The notes under the pieces are model-generated. The model searched no databases. It worked only from the letters and a program-made list of their open reading frames with translations, and had not been told where the DNA came from. From the NCBI GenBank assembly GCA_051294375.1, contig CM119268.1:8103468-8167456 (forward strand): a stretch of 63,989 nucleotides of DNA, read 5' to 3'. The translations under genes and the position numbers were made by a program. This document shows, piece by piece, positions 10,892-23,400 of the stretch (the stretch's first letter is position 1; each line of letters begins with the position of its first letter). Origin of the DNA: Paraspadella gotoi (lineage: Eukaryota > Animalia > Chaetognatha).

Positions 10892-13860
10892 CCATTCCGG
10901 GTTTCATTCTTTCTCCTATCAGGACGAAGCCAGCCGTCGCGCGGGCTTCGGCGATCGCGACCGCGACGGCGGCCGCCGCCCGGCCGAGCCATCGAGGAGC
11001 GAAGAGGTATCGAATTGGAGGAACGGTGGTGGAGCTTCGGAGTGGTCACCGAGGGCCAAGGGACCGGAGAGAGGATATGGTCACGGGGAACCGAGGTTCG
11101 GCTCCCACGACATTCGTGAAGAGAGAAACAAGAGGAGCGAGGCTGAGGATAACAGGAGTAAGTTTTTTCTAATATTTTTTAAACATCTTTTTTTCCTATT
11201 TCTCTGGGTCATTTGTCATAATTTTTTTTTAATACGTGTTGATTAGTCTAAAATTCGTTTTAAATTGAAACATGTATCCAAAAAAAAACATTTGTGGTTA
11301 AAACAAAGAAACGAAAGAAAAACTAGCATAGTATGGTGGTTTTTCTTTCGTTTCTATGTATAGTCCAACTTCACTTAATGTCCAATTTTTTTAAAAACCA
11401 TTGTCATAATGAATAAGATCTTACCTAAATTACCAATTAATGATTACGGCATCATAATAATTTCGTACCTAAAAAGTTATTATTTTTTTCCCTAATATTA
11501 GACTGGCGCTCAGAGGAATCCCGTGCCCCATGGAATAGTAACAGAGATGGTGGTTGGGGTAACAATCGCTATGGAAACAGAGACGGGGGCTTTCGCAACA
11601 ACCGTTATGGCGACGGTAATGGGCAAAGCGACAGAAGCAGAAATTGGAGAAATGATAGCGACGATCGCGACAGAGGTAGGTGGCCGGATTTTTATTTGTT
11701 TATAATATTTAACATTTAATCATAGTCGTGACAAACGGTTTCAAATTGTAGTGTAATCTTATACAATTTAGTTGACCAATCACCTATTTCTTACTTAGAA
11801 ACAATTTATTTATGAAATTGGTACAACCAATATAAAAATTATCCATTCATTTAATAAACAAGCTATCTTGCCCCAGACTTTGGACAGGCTTTGGTGGTTT
11901 AAGGCCTCCATCACTCTCTTAAGATAATGAAATAGCAGATCCCTGTAAGCTTTCAATCAGTTTTGTTTATTCACTTCCCTATCAATGAAGTGGTATAATT
12001 TTTAAAAGAATGTTTAAATTGTTTGAAAAGACCACTACCTTAAGTATTAGATCGCCCAGCATCAAAATACAAGGAGCTGAATTTTATGAAATTGGTACAA
12101 CCAATATAAAAATTATCCATTCATTTAATAAACAAGCTCTCTTGCCCCTTATTTATAACCATTCGTTTAGGTTCACCAATCAGAACCGGTTTTAGAAATG
12201 GCGACAGCAGGAGAGACTTCGATAGAAATCGATCAGGTAAGGATTCATCCCCTTTGTCACCGGGATTACTAAACTCTAAAGTATTTTCGATATATAAAAA
12301 AAAGAAAATTATCAACAGCCAACGTATTTGATATTAAATAGATTTTTTTGTATTTTGCCAATTAATTTTTTTTCTTTAGATTCCCCGCGCAGAGGTTTTG
12401 GGAGAAACGACAGAAATAGGGGAGAACCCAATCGTCCAGACAGTCGAGGTAATAAATAATAAATAGTAAATAATAATAATAAATAATTCGTCCGATATTT
12501 TACTGCTCAATAATAGAAAATTGACAGTTTTTGTTTGCAACGAATTTTATTTAAATAAATTCGTTGCAAACAAAATCTTTGTCAATTCTCTCATCACTAC
12601 TAACAACGAAAAAGAAAGAATTACTTCAATATGATCAATAATAATAATATTAATATTGCTCAATAATAATAATAATAATATGAATAAATAATAAATAATT
12701 CATCCGATATTTTACTGCTCAATTTAATAACTCGATAATAATAATAGTAATAATAATTGCCACAATACATTTAATATAAACAAGCAAGTACCCGAGTATC
12801 ATTTAAGTTTGGTACATTCTCAACCTTCTTAACAGGTTCGACCCGAAACGGCTTCGACGACAACCGACTCGGCAACCGCGGTGGGTCTCGCAACGAGGAC
12901 AGAAGACCCAACAGTCGAAACAGCGTCGACACGGACGAAGGTCGAGGAACGGATGAGAGAAGCGACGAAGGCGGAAAGCGGGAAGACCGTCAAGACCGCC
13001 GCCGCGAACGATCTCCCGACTCCAGAGACGTTGGTCGCAGCGTCGAGCGTTTGTCGGTCAACGACGAAGGCGGCAGCGTCGGCCGCTACGTCCCACCGGC
13101 GCGCCGAGCCGCCGCCACAAGGAGCCAAGAGTTTCGCTCCTCTTCTTCTTCCTTTGAGGCGAACCGTCGAGGCGGCGATAACTTTGATCGCCGTGACCGC
13201 CGCGACGTCTCAGGCGATCGCCGCGACGTTTCCGGTGATCGCCGTGACCGCCGCGACGTCTCCGGTGATCGCCGTGACCGCCGCGACGTCTCCGGTGATC
13301 GCCGTGACCGCCGCGACGTCTCCGGTGATCGCCGTGACCGGCGCGACGTCTCCGGCGATCGCCGCGACATCTCCGGCGATCGCCGTGATCGCCACGACGA
13401 CTCTGGCGATCCCCGCGACGATTCTGGCGATCGCCGTGACCGTCGCGACTACTCCGACGATCGCCGCGGCAGCTTCAACGATCGCCGCGGCAGCGTCGAC
13501 GATCGCCGCGGCAACTTCGACGATCGTCGCGACAACTTCGACGATCGTCGCGGCAACTTCAACAATCGGCGCGGATTTCGTGACCGCCGAAACGACCGCG
13601 ACAACCACGATTCCCACCCACGTCCCTTTAACGGGTCATCGTCTTCGTCATCGTCCTCGGGGGCCACGCCGGACGGCCCGACCCGCCCGCGACTGAAGCT
13701 GCTGCCGCGAACGAAGCCGATGCCGTCGGCCACGCCCACCATACCCGAGTCGCCTTCGACGTCGGTCTTCGAATCTGCTCGTGCCTTTGATTCGGACGCC
13801 AACGATCGAGAGATTGTGGGGAAAAGAGGGGAAACATCTTCCTCATTTTCCTCTGATTAA
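9482..13860 (+). CDS. EIF4B: Eukaryotic translation initiation factor 4B (8 coding exons, about 669 aa)
   Basis: Exons 9482-9494, 9800-10032, 10442-10636, 10923-11157, 11502-11675, 12171-12236, 12380-12448, 12836-13860, all in phase. Family motifs: KKKRNKGNTISLGEFL, LPSAPRAARE, RRM (PPFTAYVGNLPYD...RLKGFCYVEF...RKIRVDLAD), a D/R/G-rich middle, and RPRLKLLPR...SVFESARAFD. Confidence 0.93.
10130..10385. repeat. Degenerate ~16-nt minisatellite in eIF4B intron 2
   Basis: Repeated ttatttagcatggtaa-like units. Confidence 0.6.
13186..13575 (+). repeat. Coding tandem repeats in eIF4B: 30-nt DRRDRRDVSG units followed by 21-nt DRRGxFD units
   Basis: gatcgccgtgaccgccgcgacgtctccggt is repeated, then gatcgccgcggcaacttcgac-like units follow. 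Confidence 0.9.
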
Positions 13861-15436
13861 ATTATTCAATGTTTTATTGCATTATTTTTTTTATGTGTAA
13901 ATACCCCCCCCAAAAAAAAATTTATTAAAAATTTTGAATGATTTTATTTTTGCTTTGTGATCTCGTTTAAATTTTTTCGCAAAGTTTTAGAATTAGTAGT
14001 TTTTTTTTCAAATTTATATATTTTTTTAAACCTAATATATTTTCTCTTATGCCTTAAAATAGTCCGTGTATCCTTATGCCAAAGGGGCAGAATTTCAATT
14101 TCGTCGCATTGGATATTCTGCTCGGCAATTTTTTCTAAACACATTTTGGACTATTAACGTTTAAAATAATTGATTACAGAAAAAAAAACCATTGCAAAAA
14201 AAAAAAAAAAAAATATCAGAATAGTTGCGAAAATTATTCTGGATAAAAAGGTTTCCATGTGAAACGGTGTATGATATGAAATTTAACCGACAGTTTCTCT
14301 TTACGATTAAAATTTGAGACAATCATGTAATACTATATTGTTACCCCTTTCGATTTTCTAACTTCTACTACCTTCCCAGTAGCGTGGAGCACTCAGGAAC
14401 AAAAAATATATTTAAGTGAACAAACAAGGATATTTAGATATGAGAGAATATGATTATCGAATATAAAAAATATTTTGCTGAGATTATTTGGGGAACAGTA
14501 TCATAAAATATAATATATTTATAATAATTTCTTTATAAAATAGTAAATTTTCAAATTATTTTTTTAAAAAATTGTTTCAAATTCTAATTCATTATAAAAA
14601 GTTATATTAAAAATATGAAACATGTTATTATAAATTATGTTATCTTCAGTATTAAAAATAAAAAAGGTTAAAATTTTTTATTTTTTCACGCTCTGTAGTA
14701 AAAACTTATCTTATGAAGTGTTTTACTCATTTTTTTGCAACTTTAACATAAAAATATCATAAAACATTTTATAAAAGTTTATTTTTTTTGGCGAATCAGA
14801 AACCATTCTTTAAATTAAAAAACATATTATTTTTAAATTTATGATTTTATAAGGATATTGCTATAAAGAAAATGCAAATTATGATTCTGTTATAAAATTT
14901 TTTTTAAAGGGAATATTTTTCATTTCATATATAAAGACAGCAAAAACATTTTTCAATCGCTCAATCTTTTCATCACTCCACCCTACTGCCCAGCCTTTAA
15001 ACTTGTATCTTATTTCAAAATAAATTAACACGAAAATTCATTTCTTTTTATTCTCATTCCATTCCCCAGTCTGGGACATACTCAGTTCAAGGTTTAAACT
15101 TAGAGACGCCAGCAATAATAACAGTATTTAAATCTCTTGATTTAAATGTCACTTTGCTTTAAAATTCATGAGCTTCAACATTTTAAGATGTTCAGCTAAA
15201 TTGAACGAATTGACACTTGACAGTATGGTAAATGCATTTCCCAGTCACGGTAAACCATCGGCTCGCGATACAAGATTCTCACATGCGCTTCTGTTAGTTC
15301 TTTAATTAAATTTATAGATTATTTTTTCCAATTTAGTTTTTACAATCTCGAAGAAATTTACAAAACAAAATTTCCTAGGAAACCTAGTGAAAGAACCGTA
15401 AAATTTAAAACGTATCTTAGGTTACTTCGATTGAAT

Positions 15437-16185
15437 TTATTTTGTAATTGAAGTTAACTTTATTTTACAAATCTTCCAAAATATATATCGCGACCAGTAT
15501 TCCGTGGCTTCGTTGACCTTTTCCAGTCTCAACCTGAGTAAGGGTTGGTATAATTCATTCTGCGGGAATAGAAAGACAATTGAAAGAAACTCAGCCCATT
15601 TACGAGCGAATTCGAGTCGCATTTCTTACGCGAAACTGAAGATGATCCAAACCAAGAAAAAGAGTCCGGAGCAGACGATGCCGACGATAGACAGTGCGAA
15701 AATGGCAACTTGCCATTTTTCTGCGACGTAGATAATGATGAAGGCGGCGAGCCCACACCCAGTTCCGCCGAGGGAAAACAACACGCTCCAGGGATGGTAG
15801 AATTCGTATCTGGAACGAAGTGGTTGATATGTCAAGGCCACAGTGAGTCTGATTGAAATCTCTTGAATCGAGAATGTTATTTGATATATTAAGTGAAAAG
15901 TTCTTTAGAAACTGTTTTTCCTCATTATCTATAAAAACTTTCACGCGCTCCGTCCGTCACTTTAACTCACGCCGACGTCAAGCAGATAAAAAGGAGAAAG
16001 ACTATCATTCCCAAGACGAAGGCGGTGATTGCCAATTTCCTGTTGCAAGTTTTGTTGGTGATGCATCCATTGCATTCGCCATTGCGATTGCCGCCTTCTT
16101 CGCCATTGCGATTCCCGCCTTCTCCGCCATTGCAATTCCCGCCTTCTTCGTCACCCACTTCGTAGCTCTCCTCCTCGTAGGACAT
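15437..16185 (-). CDS. Small multi-pass membrane protein with an acidic, Gly/Asn-rich N-terminus (at least 3 exons; ends uncertain)
   Basis: Exons 16185-15971 (donor GTGAGT), 15848-15630 (donor GTAAGA) and 15533 onward join in phase. Hydrophobic segments: LAITAFVLGMIVFLLFICLTSALTVAL, WSVLFSLGGTGCGLAAFIIIYV, VAIFALSIVGIVCSGLFFLVWIIFSFAL. Confidence 0.65.
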
Positions 16186-17810
16186 CCCGTTGTCGACCGG
16201 TTAAAGATAAAAAATGAGTAAAAAGTAAAAAATCATGAGCGGAAAGATTTTAGCCTAATCGCGTCTTTTACTCGTGGATTTTTTTAGGTTTTTTTTTGTA
16301 ATAACATTTTATATTGATTGTACCAATTTCATTACAAACATTCCAACCGTTTTAGGTCGTTGTGTTCTTCAAATAGTTATTTTTTTCTTTTATCATAACT
16401 TGATGTCCCCAATTTTTGCTCTTTCTATTTCTTTCGAGCACTTTTACCCCGAGTTATCAAATAGCGGACAATTAGTAATCCTTCGATTACCTCTTCGACG
16501 ATTTATTTTGCATTCTTTAAATTCACGACATAATTAAACTTAAATTTAACTAGGGACCTCCCAGCCATACTCTTCTCGGGTTATCATAGTCTTGGAGGTT
16601 GTCGTCGTCGTCGCAACCCCCTTTTTTTCTTCTCCTCTTCCTCCTCCCTTTTTTGGAATGTCTTGCTCGTCTCTGTTTTCGTTGTTGTTCAGCTGTTCGT
16701 CGAGTTATGTTTGTTTACATTCGGTTTTAGTCATCGTCTTCTTCCATTCGTCCCTCTTTTCATCGAGTTTTTCCTTTCACTTCTTTTCTCGTTTATTTTT
16801 TCTTTATTTTTTTCGGTGAGTTTTCTTTTCATCGTGATTGATGGTCGAGATAAAAAGGCGGATGAGTAATTTTAAGATAAGACTTAGGGAGAGATTGGGT
16901 TAAACGTGAAGTAGTGACTCAGTGAAATATTTTTTTTCAAATCGGGTTTGGTTTCTCTTTTTATTTTTCTACAAAATTGCAGAAATATTCTCTACCAATT
17001 TCCATTAATTTTTTTTATAAGCCGATTTAAATATTCACTTCTAGATAGAAAATGTTATTTTTTTAAAAAAAGGAATCCGTTTCATTTATTCAATCACGGT
17101 TACTATTTAGGTAAGTGAGGCGACCGGTGGTAAGTCGCCTCATAAGCAACCTATCTGTATCTCCTCTTAAAATCTTCGATTATCAATTATGACAAAGAGA
17201 AAGACCTCGGCTCGAACTCGTATCCTTGCATCTACTCACCGTCTCTACAAAGAAAAGAGCCACGGCATCTAATTCGATTAATCGCCGGGAGATGAAACGA
17301 ATCGAATTGACAAAAGACTAAACCGGCGCGATGATGGGGGGGGGGAGTAACGCGGATCGAACCTCGATTACGAAATAGAGTTGGAGATAATTATTTTATT
17401 ATTCGCGGACCGATCGAACGGTTGCCGCGTAATTAAATATTAATTTACTGGATGACTCACTCCCTTTTTCGTCTAGAAAACACTATGCATTACTGCATGA
17501 GTCAATCCTTACAGTTACAGACATTCATTGGCATTAAATCTTTTTTTTTTTTTCCGTTATCTTTCTATCAAATTCATTTCGCTTATGGATACCCGATTTT
17601 GTTCAATTTTCGGTATATAACTTCACACTACTTCATCGTGAATTATATGTTGCGACCCTCCTTTCAATCAATAACTATCGACTGTAAAGTATCGAGTGAT
17701 TTAATTACTATTAAGTATTAACAGCATTATATTAGTCGAAAGCAAGTAACTTTTTCTATTTTAAGTATTAGATTTATTGTGTAAATCCTTTCTGTTTTGC
17801 TGTTTGTAGA

Positions 17811-17955
17811 TTATAAGACAGTTTAATTATTTGCAACAACAATTTATTATTAAAAGACGAACATGTTTCGCGCTGATGAAGGCTCGAATTCCAGCCGAAA
17901 CAAGTTCGTCTTTCAATAATAAATTGTTGTTGCAAATATTTAAACTGTCTTATAA
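17811..17955. repeat. ~145-bp foldback with a hammerhead-ribozyme core in its centre
   Basis: Arms ttataagacagttt...aagacgaacatgtttcg and cgaaacaagttcgtctt...aaactgtcttataa surround CTGATGA-A-GGCT-loop-AGCC-GAAAC (17873-17901). Confidence 0.75.
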
Positions 17956-18508
17956 AAGTATTAGATTTTATTTATTAAAAATATATATTATAAATTCTAT
18001 ATTTTTTATTTTTATTATTATTATTATTATTATTTTATATAAATTTAGGTTTTTGATAATCTAAATTTAAAAATATAATATTATTAATGGGAGAGGGTTG
18101 TTAGGGTTGTCTTCTCGAAATAGAAGGAGCATCTATACAACACAATGTTATATTACTTCCTTTTCCTATTCCTATTACTTCACTAATTGTAATTCCCCTA
18201 CATTCCGCGTTCCTGGATTCCTCTCGCCCGCATCCAAACTCGGCGGGCGGCGAAAGTTTGTTTTTCCCGACTAACAAAAATACAGTTCGTTCCTCTTTAA
18301 TTCATTTTTTTCGGCGAGAAGAAAGATAAAGAGAAAAGAAGTGAAAGGATTACGAGATAAGGATGAAGAAAAAAGAAAGACAAAAAAGAAAAAAAAAAGA
18401 AAAACACAAAAGTGAATTATTATTTGCTGTGTTGACGGGAACGACTTCTCATTCCTACATAACGAAACCCAAAAAAGCTACCGAGTTTCTCATCTCTCTC
18501 TTCTCTCT

Positions 18509-18613
<105 letters not shown>

Positions 18614-18849
18614 CCGCTCCCAGCTCTGGAAAAATAAATTAATCACCTCATTTCAGCATCAACCTCGTTTCAAACTTTACTGAATAAAATATATGTTTAA
18701 TATTGTTATTGTTATTGCTTAATATCTATCTATCTATCTCTCTCCCTCTCTATCTCTTTCTTTCTCTCTAAAGCTCTGAAAAAGTAAATAATTGCTGGAA
18801 TGCAGAGTGCGTACGTTCAGCGTCAAACATCGTTTATAATCTCTCTCCT

Positions 18850-18938
<89 letters not shown>

Positions 18939-20261
18939 ATTTCGAACTTTCGACCTCCGTCGAATTCAAGAAGACGAAAAGGCTCTCATCCTTTTTTGAT
19001 TTACGGGATAACGAGTCCCGACTCGAAACCGACGTTTTTTTGCCGACTTTTCTTGCCGACAACTTCGCCGACGTCTGCCTCGCCGGCGTTCATTTATTTT
19101 TATAACGCAGAAATCAGGTTCCTGGATATCGTCCATCGTTCCTAAGCAAAAATTATCGTTAAAAAAGAAATCATTAAAAAAACCGGGATGAAAAAAAAAA
19201 AAATAGTGATGAAACTTTAAAAGTTTTAGCCAGCTTATTCCGGTCAGGTTGTCGTTTTAATCATCCTTCATTAGCCGAAAATTTAAAAAAAAAACCAACG
19301 TCCTAAATTTTTGCAGAAACGAGCGATGGTATTTTTCTCTCTATGTAAAGATTGGCGAATAATGTATTGTCGAGTATTGCTACGGTGACACTCACTGTTT
19401 TCGTCATGTTCGTTGTCATGTTCGTTTTCAGGTTCTTTTTCAGTTTCTTCATATTAAGGTCAAACCTTTCATCGGCTTAACATTTGTCTATTTTTAGAAA
19501 CAGTCCTCGCTGACTCGCTGACTCGCTGACTCCGACGAGATCGACCTTCTTTGCAAAGTCGTCGTCGTCGTCGTCTTCGTCGTCACCATCTTCGTGATAA
19601 GCGCCAGGCCGTCGACGAAAGGTTTGACGTCTACGAGGCTACCGGTCTAGAATCGACGAAGGCGTTGATAAGATCGTCCTTCAGCGATCGACGCATCCTC
19701 AGGGGAAATTCCGATCGGAGCCCACGAGGTGTTAGAATCGATCGTCCAGATTGCCTTCGGGGTTTTCTCATCGAATCTTCAGCGAGATTCCTTCAAGCTG
19801 GTCGTGAGCAGCAGAAGCTTTTTTAAAAGATTTCTTTTTGAGTTTAAATTGATCATATTTCCTAAATGATCTTTGCGGACAAGACCCATAACGAACTCTT
19901 GCCTGCCTGCCTGCCTCCCCAGTCCCCAGTGAAATCCTAGGGGTTGCGAACCCCGGATCGATTTGGACCTCCCACAAATTGTTTTACTCTGGATTTTTTT
20001 GTTTCCCCGAGCCATTTCAAGGATTTCCGGAATACGACGACTACGATGACGACGACGTCGACAATGACGACCATGACAACGACCATGGCGGTATTTATGA
20101 TGACAATGATGATGACGACCACGGTAATTTTGATGAAGACGTTGACGAAGATGATGGCGACGACGACGACTAAGTAGCGGACGATGATGATGAGGACGAC
20201 TATGATGTTATCGACGATCTTTCTCTGACTCGTCTTTGCGCTCGTTATCATTCCCCCCTCT

Positions 20262-20298
<37 letters not shown>

Positions 20299-20323
20299 NN
20301 NNNNNNNNNNNNNNNNNNNNNNN

Positions 20324-20336
20324 AGCCGCTCTCTCT

Positions 20337-20414
<78 letters not shown>

Positions 20415-23400
20415 CTCTCTCTTCTCATTCCATTCAGGGTTTTCATTCTTTCCCTATCAGACGAAGCCAGCCGTTCGCGCGGGCTTCGCGATCGCGACCG
20501 CGACGGCGCCGCCGCCCGGCCGAGCCATCGAGGAGGCGAAGAGGTATCGAATTGGAGGACGGTGTGGAGCTTCGGAGTGGTCACCGAGGGCCAAGGGACC
20601 GGAGAGAGGATATGGTCACGGGAACCGAGTTCGGCTCCCACGACATTCGTTGAAGAGAGAAACAAGAGAGCAGAGGCTGAGGATAACAGGAGTAAGTTTT
20701 CTAATATTTTACATCTTTTTTCTATTTCTCTGGGTCATTTGTCATAATTTTTTTTAATATGGTGTTGATTAGTCTAAAAATTCGTTTTAAATTGAAACAT
20801 GTATCCAAAAAAAAAAACATTTGTTAAAACAAAGGGAACGAAAAAGAAAAAACTAAGGCATAGTATGGTGGTTTTCTTCGTTTCGTATGTATAGTTCCCC
20901 AACTTCACTTAATGTCCAATTTTTTTAAAAACCATTGTCATAATGAATAAGATCTTACCTAAATTACCAATTAATTATTACGGGCATTCATAATAATTTC
21001 CGTACCATAAAAATTATTATTTTTTTCCCTAATATTAGATGGCGCTCAGAGGAATCCCGTGCCCCATTGGAATAGTAACAGAGATGGTGGTGGGGTAACA
21101 ATCGCTAGGAAACAGAGACGGGTGGCTTTCGCAACAACCGTCTATTGGCGACTGGTAATCGGCCAAAGCGACAGAAGCAGAAATGAGAAATGATAGCGAC
21201 AGATCGCGACAGAGGTTAGGGTGGCCGGATTTTTATTTGTTATATAATATTTAACATTTAATCATAGTCGTGACAAAACGGTTTTCAATTGTGTGTTAAT
21301 CTTATACAATTTAGTTGACCAATCACCTATTTCTTACTTAGAAACAATTTATTTATGAAATTGGTACAACCCAATATAAAAATTATTCCATTCATTAATA
21401 AACAAGCTATCTTGCCCCAGACTTTGGACAGGCTTTGGTCTGGTTTAAGGCCTCCATCACTCTCTTAGAGATAATGAAAATAGGCAGATCCTGTAAGCTT
21501 TCAATCAGTTTTGTTATTCACTCCCTATCAATGAAGTGTATAATTTTTAAAAGAATGTTTAAATTGTTTTGAAAAAGACCACTACCTTAAGGTATTAGAT
21601 CGTCCCAGCATCAAAATTACAAGGAGCTGAATTTTATGAAATTGCGACAACCAATATAAAAATTATCCATTCATTAATAACAGCTACTCTTGCCCCTTAT
21701 TTTAACCATTCGTTTAGGTTCACCAATCAGAACGGTTTAGAAAATGGCGACAGCAGGGAGAGGACTTCTGATAGAAATCGATCAGGTAAGGATTCATCCC
21801 CTTTGTCACCGGGCATTACTAAACTCTAAAGTATTTCGATATATAAAAAAAAGAAAATTATCAACAGCCAACGTATTTGATATTAAATTAGATTTTTTTG
21901 TATTTTTGCCCAATTAATTTTTTTCTTTAGATTCCCGCGCAGAGGTTTGGGAAGAAACGACAGAAAAGGGGAGAACCCAATCGTCCAGACAGTCGAGTAA
22001 TAAATATACTAAATAGTAAATAATATAATAAATAATTCGTTTCCGATATTCTTACTGGCTCAATATAGAAAATGACAGTTTTTGGTTTGCAACAATTTTA
22101 TTTAAATAAATTCGTTGCAAAACAAAATCTCTTGTCAATTTCTCTCATCACTGAACTAACAACAAGAAAAAAAGAATTACTTCAATATTGATTCAATAAT
22201 AATAATATTAATATTGCTCAAAAATAATTAATAATTAATATGAATAAATAATAAATAATTTCATCCGATATTTTACTGCTCAATAATAACTCGATAATAA
22301 TAATTAGTAATAATAATGCCACAATACATTTAATATAAACAAGCAAGTACCGAGTTCATTTAAGTTTGGTACATTCTCAACCCTTCTTAACAGGGTTCGA
22401 CCCGAAACGGCTTCGACGACAAACCGACTCGGCAGCCGGCGCGTGGGGTCTCGCAACGAGGACAGAAGACCCAACAGTCGAAACAGCGTCGACACGGGAC
22501 GAAAGGTCGAGGAACGGATGAGAGAAGCGACGAAGGCGGAAAGCGGGAAGACCGTCAAGACCGCCGCCTGCGAAACGAATCTTCCGATCCAGAGACGTTC
22601 GGTCGCAGCGTCTGACGTTTGTCGTCAACGACGAAGGCGGCAGGCGTTCGCCGCTACGTCCACCGGTCGCGCCGCAGCCGCCGCCACAAGGAGCCAAGAG
22701 TTTCGCTCCTCTTCTTCTTCCTTTGAGGCGAACCGTCGAGGCGGCGATAACTTTGATCGCCGTGACCGCCGCGGACGTCTCAGGCGATCGCCGCGACGTT
22801 TCGTGATCGCGTGACCCGCGACGTCCGTGATCGCCGTGACCGCCGCGACGTCTCAGCGATCGCCGCGACGTTTCGGTGATCGCCGTGACCGCCGCGACGT
22901 CTCGGTGCATCGCCGTGACCGCCGCGACGTCTCCGGTGATCGCCGTGACCGCCGCGACGTCTCGGTGATCGCCGTGACTGCCGCGACGTCTCCGGCGATC
23001 GCCGTGACCGCCGCGACGTCTCCGGTGATCGCCGTGACCGCCGCGACGTCTCCGGCGATCGCCGCCGACATCTCCGGCGATCGCGTGATCTCCACGACGA
23101 CTCTGGCGATCCCCGCGACGATTCGGCGATCGCCGTGACCGTCGCGACTACTCCGACGATCGCCGCGCCAGCTTCAACGATCCGCCGCGGCAGCGTCGAC
23201 GATCGCCGCGGCAACTTCGACGATCGTCGCGACAACTTCGACGATCGTCGCGGCAACTTCAACAATCGGCGCGGATTTCGTGACCGCCGAAACGACCGCG
23301 ACAACCACGATTCCCACCCACGTCCCTTTTAACGGGTCATCGTCTTCGTCATCGTCCTCGGGGCCACGCCGGACGGCCCGACCCGCCCGCGACTGAAGCT

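Noticed and set aside
12829-13846. Multiple overlapping ORFs in other frames, and a CRISPR-like look of the repeats
   Set aside because: They arise from stop-poor tandem coding repeats in eIF4B. There are no unique spacers or cas genes, and the DNA is eukaryotic.
19551-20260. GC-rich (GAC/GAT)n region with poly-Asp or His/Arg frames and a minus-strand stretch ending RMRRSLKDDLINAFVDSRPVAS*
   Set aside because: Looks vaguely like a prohormone, but I could not build a phase-consistent spliced model or find a signal peptide.
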